Positions 1 through 7,411 of a DNA stretch of 10,182 bases are shown piece after piece. The DNA comes from Acidobacteriota bacterium (GTDB taxonomy: Bacteria > Acidobacteriota > UBA4820 > DSQY01). Position 1 is the first letter of the stretch, and every line of letters begins with the position of its first letter. The notes beneath the pieces were generated by a model, which had not been told where the DNA came from, did no database searches, and worked only from the letters and a program-made list of their open reading frames with translations. A program made the translations under genes and the position numbers. Location of the stretch: assembly GCA_049967655.1 (NCBI GenBank), contig JBMFSH010000061.1:1-10182 (forward strand), written 5' to 3'.

Positions 1-1
1 A

Positions 2-694
2 GGAGGGTAAGAGTTCGTCGGGTGGGAAGGGCCCCGCACCGTAGCCGTCCACGTAGGCATCCAAGGACTCCTGGTACATGGGCGAAAGGAGGCGAAGGAG
101 ATCGGGCGTAAGGTTGCCGATCAGGATGTTGGCTTTGCTGTTGCCCCTGAGCAGGGAGGCCCATCGTTTTATATCCAAGGCACCCTGTGCGTTTCCCCCC
201 CGTTCCACCCCTTCCACATCGCCGGGCGAAACGGAGAGCTCCATGGTGGAGGCCTGGAGGCCCAGCCGCTCGGAGAGGGTGGCCAGATAGCGCTCTCGGG
301 CGTTCTGTGGCAGCTGGGTGGCGATGGTGAGGCGGGCGTGGGCCGACGCCACCGCGGCAGCCGCCTTGTCCAAGGCGGCCCAGTCGGGCCGATCGGCCCA
401 CGGCGAGGGGATATCAAGCGTCACCCCGAGGGGATTGCCCGGGTCGCACGGCTCGGCCGCCAGCGCCTCTTCCATGGCTGCCCAGGCGGACGGTTCCACG
501 CGCAAGCCGAACTGCATGGCCTGCCGGGCCTCCGGAGGCTGGTGGGCCGCGGCGGGTATCCACGGGACCAGGAGCAGCAGAAGACCCAAAAGCCACTTCA
601 AGGGGACTCCGGTGGCCTGCTCCGGAACCCCGGCTCCGCGGGAGCCTTGCCGGTCACCTTCCCGCCCCGCCCTGGGCGGCTTTCTCTTCGCCAT
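2..694 (-). CDS. Hypothetical exported or membrane-anchored protein, N-terminal 231 aa (3' end outside window)
   Basis: Manual translation: ATG at 694 with GGAGGT RBS about 8 nt upstream, in-frame stop upstream at 728-730, and no stop down to position 2. MAKRKPPRAG...KWLLGLLLLLVPWIPAAAHQPP...MYQESLDAYVDGYGAGPFPPDELLPS: basic N-terminus, hydrophobic stretch, AAA signal-peptidase-like site. Absent from the ORF track because its stop lies outside the window. Confidence 0.8.
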   Translation of the reverse strand, partial: MAKRKPPRAGREGDRQGSRGAGVPEQATGVPLKWLLGLLLLLVPWIPAAAHQPPEARQAMQFGLRVEPSAWAAMEEALAAEPCDPGNPLGVTLDIPSPWADRPDWAALDKAAAAVASAHARLTIATQLPQNARERYLATLSERLGLQASTMELSVSPGDVEGVERGGNAQGALDIKRWASLLRGNSKANILIGNLTPDLLRLLSPMYQESLDAYVDGYGAGPFPPDELLPS

Positions 695-733
695 GGACAA
701 AACCTCCACCCGACGGCGGCCTCTCCCTTAGGA

Positions 734-763
734 AGTCTAAACCGGAGAACGGCGGGGCGCCAA
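734..763 (-). promoter_or_regulatory. Candidate sigma70-type promoter for the left-edge gene
   Basis: Minus strand TTGGCG-N18-TAGACT, about 40 nt upstream of the ATG at 694. Motif match only. Confidence 0.3.
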
Positions 764-801
764 GGGGGCGGCACGGTCGCGCCGAGGGGGCAAGAGAGGG
801 C

Positions 802-2118
802 TCACTCCTTTCGGTACTTCAGGACCAGCGGGGAGCCCTCCAGGTCGTAGCACTCACGGATTCTGTTTTTAAGGTACCGGTGATAGGCGTCTGGCGGGGG
901 AAATCGGGAGTTGGTGAAGAGGGTCAGGATGGGCGGGGCCGACCCCGTCTGCGTGACGTAGCGGATCTTGAACTCCTTTCCCCCAACGCTGGGCGGCGAG
1001 ACAGCCCGGACGATCTTCTCCAGGTTTTTGTTGAGGGTAGCCGTGGGGAACTGCTGCGAGAAGTTCCTGTAGACGCGAGCCACGGCCGGCAGGAGCTTGT
1101 CCGTGTGCCGGTTCGTGCGGGCAGAGGTGCGTATGGTGGGCATCCAACCGATGAAGGAGAAGCGCTCGGCCACGGTCTCCTCGAGCTCCTTGGCCCGCTC
1201 GGGATCCCCGACCAGATCCCACTTGTTGAGGACCACCACCGCGCCGCGCAGGGAGGCCTCGATGAGCCCCGCGATGTGGGCGTCCTGGTGGGTGGGCATG
1301 CCGGAGGCGTCCAGGATGAGCAGGGCCACGTGGCACTGCTCCAGGCTCCTTCGCGCCAGGATGACGGAGAGGACCTCCGCGGCCTGGGCGCTGCGGCTCT
1401 TGCGCCGGATACCCGCCGTGTCCACGAGCAGGAAATTCTGGCCGTCGAGGCTGAGGGGGACGTCCACCGGGTCGCGCGTAGTGCCCGGGATCTCCGAGAC
1501 GAGGGCCCGCTCCTCGCCGAGGATCCGGTTGAGAATTGAGCTCTTGCCGGCGTTGGGTTTGCCCACGATGGCGACGCGGATCGCCTCGCCGGGGGAGGCG
1601 GCCGGGGGCTCCGCCGGCGTTGGCATCCCTTCGAGGATGTACTCCCAGAGCTGGTCCAGCCCCAGAGCGTGTTCGGCGGAGACGAAAAAGATCTGGTCCA
1701 TGCCGAGCTCGTGGAATTCCATTCCGCGAGGAAGGTGGCCGGGAACGTCCACCTTGTTCACCACCAGCGCGGTGGCCTTGCCCGCCTTGCGCAGGCGGAG
1801 GGCGATCTCGCGATCCAGCGGGAGAAGCCCCTCCTTGGCATCCACCATGAGCAAGACCCGGTCCCCGCCGGCCACCGCCAGGTTCACCTGCTCCTCCACC
1901 AGGGTCGCCAGAAGGTCTTCCGACTCGCCCAGGATCCCCCCCGTGTCCACGATCTGGATGGGGCGGTCCTCGCGGACCACGAGGGCGACGTTCCGGTCGC
2001 GGGTGAAGCCGGGCTGATCGTGCACGAGAGCCTTCCGGCGCCCGATGAGGCGGTTGAAGAGGGTCGACTTGCCCACGTTGGGCCGGCCCACGATAACGAC
2101 GGTTCCCAAACTCTCCAC
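802..2118 (-). CDS. der: Ribosome biogenesis GTPase Der (EngA)
   Basis: Two tandem GTPase domains (GRPNVGKS/PGFTRD/DTGG/NKVD and GKPNAGKS/PGTTRD/DTAG/NKWD) plus C-terminal KH-like domain (YVTQ...PP...YHRYLKNRIRE). GTG start with GGAGG RBS at 2124-2128. 438 aa. Confidence 0.98.
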   Translation of the reverse strand: MESLGTVVIVGRPNVGKSTLFNRLIGRRKALVHDQPGFTRDRNVALVVREDRPIQIVDTGGILGESEDLLATLVEEQVNLAVAGGDRVLLMVDAKEGLLPLDREIALRLRKAGKATALVVNKVDVPGHLPRGMEFHELGMDQIFFVSAEHALGLDQLWEYILEGMPTPAEPPAASPGEAIRVAIVGKPNAGKSSILNRILGEERALVSEIPGTTRDPVDVPLSLDGQNFLLVDTAGIRRKSRSAQAAEVLSVILARRSLEQCHVALLILDASGMPTHQDAHIAGLIEASLRGAVVVLNKWDLVGDPERAKELEETVAERFSFIGWMPTIRTSARTNRHTDKLLPAVARVYRNFSQQFPTATLNKNLEKIVRAVSPPSVGGKEFKIRYVTQTGSAPPILTLFTNSRFPPPDAYHRYLKNRIRECYDLEGSPLVLKYRKE

Positions 2119-2141
2119 GTCTGCCTCCGTTCAACTAGCTC

Positions 2142-2285
2142 CCATTCGGAAAGTCTGGATGGGAACGGTGGAAGGTCGAGAGCGGGGGGTGGAGCACCCG
2201 CCGAGCGCTTGACCCTGCGTGGGCTTCTTTCTCCCCTCCACCCTCCACCCTTCACTCTCCACGCGGAAACGGCTTTCCCGAATGG
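2142..2285. repeat. Nested inverted-repeat (MITE-like or structured leader) element with heptamer arms
   Basis: Outer IR CCATTCGGAAAGTC (2142-2155) versus GGCTTTCCCGAATGG (2271-2285). Inner inverted arrays of four 7-mers: GGTGGAA-GGTCGAG-AGCGGGG-GGTGGAG (2167-2194) and CTCCACC-CTCCACC-CTTCACT-CTCCACG (2236-2263). Confidence 0.6.
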
Positions 2286-2294
2286 ACACCAACC

Positions 2295-2303
2295 ATGGTA
2301 CCA
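2295..2303 (-). promoter_or_regulatory. Candidate extended -10 promoter for der
   Basis: Minus strand TG-G-TACCAT (TGnTAnnnT). No convincing -35. Confidence 0.4.
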
Positions 2304-2358
2304 CAGGCCCTCCGCCTCTCCGCCGGCGCGAGAGGAGGGAATGGTCCCGCCCTGGTGA

Positions 2359-2367
2359 TGTTAGGAT
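2359..2367 (+). promoter_or_regulatory. Candidate extended -10 promoter for the DUF59 gene
   Basis: TG-T-TAGGAT, ending 18 nt before the ATG at 2386 and back-to-back with the der candidate. Confidence 0.4.
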
Positions 2368-2385
2368 GGGTTGGGAGGTGTGGCC

Positions 2386-2718
2386 ATGAACGCGAGCGAG
2401 ACGGGCGAGCACGGTGCGACGGACCTGGAGAAGGCTTGCTGGGAGGCCCTCGGCAATGTGGTAGACCCGGAGCTGGGGCTGGACGCCGTGAGCCTGGGAC
2501 TGATCTACCGCCTGCAGGTGGAAGAGGGCAAGGTGGAGGTGGACATGACCATGACCTCCGTGGGTTGCCCCGTGGCCGAGCAGCTCCTGCTCCAGGCCAA
2601 CAACGAGATTCTCAAGGTGGCCGGGGTCAAGGACGCCCGCGTCAATCTCGTCTGGTCTCCGCCTTGGACCCCCGAGATGATGAGCCTGGAAGCCAAGATG
2701 GCCCTCGGTTTCGCCTGA
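2386..2718 (+). CDS. Metal-sulfur cluster assembly factor (DUF59 / FeS_assembly_P, SufT/PaaD-like)
   Basis: Motifs VVDPELG...LGLIY...MTMTSVGCP...PPWTPEMMS. ATG at 2386 follows GGAGGT (2374-2379) and is preferred to the TTG at 2371. 110 aa. Confidence 0.93.
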   Translation: MNASETGEHGATDLEKACWEALGNVVDPELGLDAVSLGLIYRLQVEEGKVEVDMTMTSVGCPVAEQLLLQANNEILKVAGVKDARVNLVWSPPWTPEMMSLEAKMALGFA

Positions 2719-2873
2719 ACCGACCGGCCCTGGCGCACCGCGGGCAAGCGTGCCCCGGAAGGAACCAGAAACATGGTCTGCCCGCCGATGGCTTAGCGGG
2801 TTCGGCTAGCCCATGTCTACCTGCGGGAATGCGTTAGAATGGAGCGTGGCCCGCGGGCGCCGAGAGGGATGCG

Positions 2874-3779
2874 ATGAAGGTCAAGCGGGCGGACAAGTAC
2901 GGTTTCTGCTCCGGGGTGCGGATCGCGGACCTGAAGGTCCGGCGCTTTGCGGGACAGGGCGGGCGCGGTGCCATTCTGGGGCAGGTAGTTCACAACGAGC
3001 GTGTGGTGGAGGACCTGGAGCGGCTCGGGGTCCGGACGGTTCACGCCATCGAGGAGGTAAAGGAGCCCGTGATCGTCTTCTCGGCCCACGGGGTGCCGCC
3101 CTCCTTCCACGAGAAGGCCAAGGCGCAGGGCCTGGAGATCCTGGACACCACCTGCAAGTTTGTCTACGACATCCACAGGGAGGCGAGGCGCTCCCTGGAG
3201 GCTGGCGCGCACCTGGTGTTCATCGGCGACCCGAAGCACCGCGAGGTGATCGGCTACACCCGCGACCTCGATCCCTCCTCCTACCACATCATCCAGAGCG
3301 TGGAGCAGGCCAGCGCCGTGGACTGGAGCCGCTACGGCGCCATCAAGGTGCTCTACCAAACCACGCTGAACGCCGAGGAGTACGAGGAGGTGGTGCGGGT
3401 CATCGAAGCCGCCCAGCCGGGAACGAGCCGGGCGGACACCGTCTGCTACGCCACCAAGGAGAACCAGGACGCGGCCAGGCGGCTCGCCGAGGATCCGGAG
3501 GTGGACCTGATCCTGGTCGTCGGCGGGCGCCATTCCGCTAACACCCGCCACCTCTACGAGATCTGTCACCAGCTCAAACGCAGCTACCTCGTTCAGGGAG
3601 CCGAGGACTTGGACAGGGCGTGGTTTTCGGATATTTCGGGCGTGGGAATCACCGCGGGAGCCTCGACGCCGGACTACGTGATCGAGGAGGTGGAGGAGCG
3701 CCTTCGGGCCATGGCCGGCGAGGAGGGCCTTCCCTTCGAACTCATCGTCCCGCCCGATCCCCGGCACAAGCCCCGATGA
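2874..3779 (+). CDS. ispH: 4-hydroxy-3-methylbut-2-enyl diphosphate reductase (IspH/LytB)
   Basis: Three [4Fe-4S] Cys (GFCSGV, DTTCKFV, DTVCYAT), plus VHN, SAHG, HREV, QTT, SANT and TAGASTP motifs. 301 aa, no S1 fusion. A -10-like TAGAAT lies at 2835-2840. Confidence 0.97.
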   Translation: MKVKRADKYGFCSGVRIADLKVRRFAGQGGRGAILGQVVHNERVVEDLERLGVRTVHAIEEVKEPVIVFSAHGVPPSFHEKAKAQGLEILDTTCKFVYDIHREARRSLEAGAHLVFIGDPKHREVIGYTRDLDPSSYHIIQSVEQASAVDWSRYGAIKVLYQTTLNAEEYEEVVRVIEAAQPGTSRADTVCYATKENQDAARRLAEDPEVDLILVVGGRHSANTRHLYEICHQLKRSYLVQGAEDLDRAWFSDISGVGITAGASTPDYVIEEVEERLRAMAGEEGLPFELIVPPDPRHKPR

Positions 3780-3886
3780 GGCGCGCCGAAGCCCCTTCTC
3801 GGCAGTAGACAAAATCGTCCCACTTGACATGATCGCCCTCCCCCAACGCGCGTCGAAGAGCCCTTGGAATCAGAGTGCCCATGCTA

Positions 3887-3915
3887 TTGACAAGGGCGGT
3901 GTGCCGTGGTCTACT
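3887..3915 (+). promoter_or_regulatory. Candidate sigma70 promoter for the GGDEF gene
   Basis: TTGACA-N17-TCTACT with TG at the extended -10 position. The -10 lacks the conserved second A. Confidence 0.4.
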
Positions 3916-4067
3916 TCGAGCATGTTGATGCGATTGGGTTAGGGCCGCGAGGGGCGATCCGAACTGGCGGGGCAAGGGCCAGGTCGGGACGCTATCTTCG
4001 CGGGCATATATGAACTGAAGCGAATGCGGGCGAGGAATTGTAAGGTAGGGCACCGTGAGGCGTGTCC

Positions 4068-5087
4068 ATGCGGCTTTGTGACTTGGTCATCCGGTTCAGG
4101 GAGAGTGCCATTCCAAGGAAGGCCCGTTCGCACCCTCTGCTCCTGCCTGCGGTTCTTATCCTGTCAGTTTGGCCGGCCCTCCTGCCGCCAGGAGCCTGCG
4201 CATCCGCCTCATCGGGTGCCGTCAGCTCCTTCAGTGCTCCCGCCCTCCACCTGAGTGGATCTAAATCGAAAGGTCGATCTGCGGAGGCACCTTCCGCGGC
4301 GATTACGCTGGCGGTCGCCTCTGCTACGGATGGAAGCGAAATCTTCGTGGCTGGCGCCGCGATCGTTCTGGCCCTGTTGGGAGGCGCGCGGCTTTCGAGG
4401 GTGAGGAGAAGCCGCAAAACCGAGAAAGAGGAGGCCCTCCAACGGGCGGTGGAGCAGAAGACCCGCGAGCTCCAGGAGGCCAACCGGTTGCTGGAGGTGC
4501 GGACCCAGGAACTCGAAGCGCTCAACAGCCGGCTGGAGCTACTCAGTACGCAGGACCCGCTGACCGGGGCCGCCAACCGCCGGCGCTTCGGGGGAAGCCT
4601 CTGCACCGAGTGGGCGAGGGCCCAGCGCCACGGCCAGCAGGTGGTTCTGCTCATGGCCGACATCGACCACTTCAAGGCCTACAATGACGCCCACGGCCAC
4701 GTGAGGGGCGACGAGTGCCTCCGACGCATCACGGAGATCCTTCTCAGCCACTTCCGGCGCGCGGAGGACCTGGTGGCCCGGTACGGGGGGGATGAGTTCG
4801 CGGTCCTGGTGCCGGACACGGACCTCGCGACGGCGGAAGAGATGGCCGACGCCGTGCGGCGGGAGATCGAGGAGTTGGGGCTGGCTCAGGGGCCGGCCTG
4901 CTCGCGCCCCGTGGTGACCCTGAGCTTCGGCATCGCGGCCGTCCGGCCGGTGGACGGGCTGTCGCCCTCGGACCTGGTGGCCATGGCCGATGGTGCCCTC
5001 TACCGGGCCAAGGCGATGGGCCGCGACCGGGTCGTCGTGTGGGGACGCGAGGGCCGGGAGATGCCCGCCGAGGAAGAGAAGCTCTGA
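4068..5087 (+). CDS. Membrane-anchored diguanylate cyclase (signal/TM, coiled coil, GGDEF)
   Basis: DPLTGAANRR, DIDHFKAYND.HGH..GD, RxxD I-site (RAED, 4758-4769), RYGGDEF (GGDEF at 4785-4799), SFG, ADGALYRAK..GRD. TM segment IFVAGAAIVLALLGGA then heptad VEQKTRELQEANRLLE. Start uncertain; ATG 4068 follows GAGG. Confidence 0.93.
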   Translation: MRLCDLVIRFRESAIPRKARSHPLLLPAVLILSVWPALLPPGACASASSGAVSSFSAPALHLSGSKSKGRSAEAPSAAITLAVASATDGSEIFVAGAAIVLALLGGARLSRVRRSRKTEKEEALQRAVEQKTRELQEANRLLEVRTQELEALNSRLELLSTQDPLTGAANRRRFGGSLCTEWARAQRHGQQVVLLMADIDHFKAYNDAHGHVRGDECLRRITEILLSHFRRAEDLVARYGGDEFAVLVPDTDLATAEEMADAVRREIEELGLAQGPACSRPVVTLSFGIAAVRPVDGLSPSDLVAMADGALYRAKAMGRDRVVVWGREGREMPAEEEKL

Positions 5088-5223
5088 CCCGAGGTATCGC
5101 GCCCGCCCAAGCTCGAAGGCCGCCATCAGCCGCCGAATTCGCCTTGATGCAGAAAGGGTAACGCCCCAGGAACGCTCGCCAGAGCGCGATCCGGTTCTCT
5201 CGGCTCCTGGGCTACTGGGGTTA

Positions 5224-6165
5224 CTACCCGCCCTGCTCGGCCAGCCACCGTTCGCAGTCGAGGGCGGCCCGACAGCCCATGCCCGCGGCCGTGATCGCCT
5301 GGCGGTAGACCTTGTCCCGGACGTCGCCGGCGGCGAAGACGCCAGGCACGCTGGTGTGGCTGCTATCCGGCTGGGCGATCAGGTACCCGGTCTCATCCAT
5401 CTCCAACTGGCCCTTGAACAACTCCGTGTTGGGGTTGTGGCCGATGGCGTAGAAGAGGCCGGCCGCCTCCACGGTCTTCTCGCTGCCCGTGGGCAGGTGG
5501 CGGATGATCACCCCGCGCAGCCCCGTCTCGCCCACCGCGTCCACCACCACGGAGTTCCAGATGGGCATGATCTTCGGGTTTTCCGTGGCCCGCTTCTGCA
5601 TGGCCTTGGAGGCGCGCAGCTCGCCCCGCCTATGAACGAGGAGCACCTTGGAGGCGAAGTGAGTCAGGTAGGTGGCCTCCTCCACGGCCGTGTCTCCCCC
5701 TCCCACCACGACCAACACCCGGTCGCGGAAGATGGGCAGCGCGCCGTCGCACACGGCGCAGGCGGAGATGCCGCGGTTCCAGAGGCGCTCCTCCGAGGGG
5801 AGGTGGAGGCGCTTGGCCGTGGCGCCCGTGGCGATGATGAGGCTTTTGGCCTCCACCGTCTTCTCCGCCGAACGGATGGTGAAGGGGCGCTTCGAAAGGT
5901 CCACCGAATCCACGTCCTCGGTGATGATGCGCGTGCCGAAGCGGGTGCTCTGCTCCCGCATCCGGTTCATCAGCTCGGGGCCGGTGATCCCCACGGGGAA
6001 GCCGGGGAAGTTCTCCACCTCCGTGGTGGTCATGAGCTGCCCCCCGGCCACTCCTCCGCGGATGAACCCCTCGAACATGAGGGGCTTCAGGCCGGCCCTG
6101 GCGGCGTAGATGGCCGCGGTGTGGCCAGCCGGCCCCGAACCGATGATGACGACTTTCTCGATCAT
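5224..6165 (-). CDS. trxB: Thioredoxin-disulfide reductase
   Basis: [11 protein letters not shown] motif, [13 protein letters not shown], redox CAVC (SACAVCDG), [21 protein letters not shown] motif, [19 protein letters not shown]. The AAGGAG RBS is spaced better for ATG 6165 than for ATG 6171. Confidence 0.97.
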   Translation of the reverse strand: MIEKVVIIGSGPAGHTAAIYAARAGLKPLMFEGFIRGGVAGGQLMTTTEVENFPGFPVGITGPELMNRMREQSTRFGTRIITEDVDSVDLSKRPFTIRSAEKTVEAKSLIIATGATAKRLHLPSEERLWNRGISACAVCDGALPIFRDRVLVVVGGGDTAVEEATYLTHFASKVLLVHRRGELRASKAMQKRATENPKIMPIWNSVVVDAVGETGLRGVIIRHLPTGSEKTVEAAGLFYAIGHNPNTELFKGQLEMDETGYLIAQPDSSHTSVPGVFAAGDVRDKVYRQAITAAGMGCRAALDCERWLAEQGG

Positions 6166-6232
6166 GGTCATAGCTCCTTGCCGCTCCCATTCCTCTTCGG
6201 TGGAAAGGAGCGCGCGAATCGTTTGGGTCTCT

Positions 6233-7213
6233 CTACAGGAAGCCCTTCTCCCGCATCCAGCCGTCGTTGAAGATGGTGCTGAGGTAGCGCGAGGCGCCGT
6301 CGGGGAAGATGGTGACGATGCGCGCCGGCCCGTCGAGCGCGGAGGCCAGCTTCCGCACGGCCCAGAGCGCGGCCCCGCTGGAGCCTCCGCCCATGACGCC
6401 CTCGCGGCGTACCAGCTCGCGGGTGGTCAGGAAGGCGTCGCGGTCGCTCACCTGGATGATGTCGTCAATCACGGTGAAGTCGGCGGTGCCGATCAGGAAC
6501 TCGTCTCCCAGGCCTTCCAGGAGGTAGGGTTTGGGTTCGACGCGACGGCCCGTATGGAAGTAGTCGGTGAAGATGGAGCCCTCCGAATCAACGGCCACTA
6601 CCCGGATGGAGGGGTCCTTCTCCTTGAGGAACTTCGCCGTGCCTCCGATGGTGCCGCCCGTGCCCATACCCGCCACCAGGAGGTCGATGCGCCCCTCCAT
6701 CTGCTCCCAGATCTCCGGGCCCGTGGTGGCGTAGTGCGCCTCGTTGTTGTCCCGGTTGTTGTGCTGGTCGGGGAAGAAACAGCCGGGAGTGTCGGCGGCC
6801 AGTCTCGGGGTGATCCGGTTGTAGGAGTCGGGCGAGTCGGGCGGAAGAGTGTGGTCCACCTTCAGCACCTCCGCCCCCAGGGCGACGAGCTGCGCCTCCT
6901 TCTCGGGGCTGATGCTGTCGCGCACCACGACCTTCAGCCGGTAGCCCTTCTGGATGGCCACCATGGCCAAGCCGAGGGCGGTGTTGCCGGAGGAGTTCTC
7001 GATGATCAGCGCCCCCTCCCCGATGCGCCCCTCCCGCTCAGCCTTCTCGATCATGTACTTGGCGATGCGATCCTTGATGCTCCCCATCGGATTGAGGAAT
7101 TCCAGCTTGGCCCACACCTCGGCGCGAAGCCCCTCGGTCACCCTGTTGAGCCGCACCAGCGGCGTCCACCCGATGGCCTCCAGCACGCTGTCGCAACGGC
7201 GAATGTCCCTCAT
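6233..7213 (-). CDS. PLP-dependent cysteine synthase / cystathionine beta-synthase family protein (no C-terminal CBS domains)
   Basis: [23 protein letters not shown] (PLP lysine), [36 protein letters not shown]...RYLST. ATG 7213 (or 7216) follows GAGGAG. Confidence 0.95.
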   Translation of the reverse strand: MRDIRRCDSVLEAIGWTPLVRLNRVTEGLRAEVWAKLEFLNPMGSIKDRIAKYMIEKAEREGRIGEGALIIENSSGNTALGLAMVAIQKGYRLKVVVRDSISPEKEAQLVALGAEVLKVDHTLPPDSPDSYNRITPRLAADTPGCFFPDQHNNRDNNEAHYATTGPEIWEQMEGRIDLLVAGMGTGGTIGGTAKFLKEKDPSIRVVAVDSEGSIFTDYFHTGRRVEPKPYLLEGLGDEFLIGTADFTVIDDIIQVSDRDAFLTTRELVRREGVMGGGSSGAALWAVRKLASALDGPARIVTIFPDGASRYLSTIFNDGWMREKGFL

Positions 7214-7288
7214 CATGGCTCCTCGATGTCCCCTCGGGGCTCCCGGGCGGCCCGGCTCTGACCTCCGGCGCCCTCCTGCCCCTGCCGC

Positions 7289-7317
7289 ATTCTACTCGCA
7301 CCCGGGCGTTCCGCGAA
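7289..7317 (-). promoter_or_regulatory. Candidate sigma70 promoter for the cysteine synthase-trxB pair
   Basis: Minus strand TTCGCG-N17-TAGAAT. Confidence 0.4.
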
Positions 7318-7411
7318 GCCCCCACGCATGAGGCAACAGCCTAGCCGAGGACTGGCACGCGGGAGTCGAATTTGTTTCTTGCCTGGCCCTTTGTGGGGTT
7401 CCCATGATCTT

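Noticed and set aside
78..850. Short ORFs 78..290, 169..417, 318..731, 338..850 and 414..596
   Set aside because: Shadow frames of the minus-strand CDS starting at 694, which has the RBS and a protein-like composition.
2167..2263. Heptamer arrays or REP copies as a CRISPR array
   Set aside because: No repeat-spacer periodicity and no cas genes in the window.
869..2358. Long alternative ORFs over der (869..2134 -, 880..1539 +, 1097..2017 +, 1669..2358 +)
   Set aside because: R/G/P-rich or antisense shadows expected in high-GC DNA; no motifs.
2730..2760. Sigma54-like GG-N10-GC (TGGCGCACCGCGGGCA) before ispH, and GGCACGCTTGC on the minus strand
   Set aside because: The first lacks the TTGC -12 element and the second has the wrong spacing. 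Both are likely by chance at this GC content.
3785..3803. Small hairpin after the ispH stop as a terminator
   Set aside because: Short imperfect stem with no U-tract.
2813..3830. ORFs 2813..3541 + and 2817..3830 -
   Set aside because: Frame-shifted and antisense shadows of ispH.
5088..5223. Terminator between the convergent GGDEF gene and trxB
   Set aside because: Only scattered short complementarity (CCCAGGA/TCCTGGG); no compact stem with a U-tract.
4990..7261. Large plus-strand ORFs 4990..6270 and 6110..7261
   Set aside because: Antisense shadows of trxB and the cysteine synthase gene; no recognisable domains or RBS.
7352..7367. TGGCACG as a sigma54 -24 box upstream of the activator
   Set aside because: The -24 match is good, but the -12 position reads AGTC rather than TTGC.
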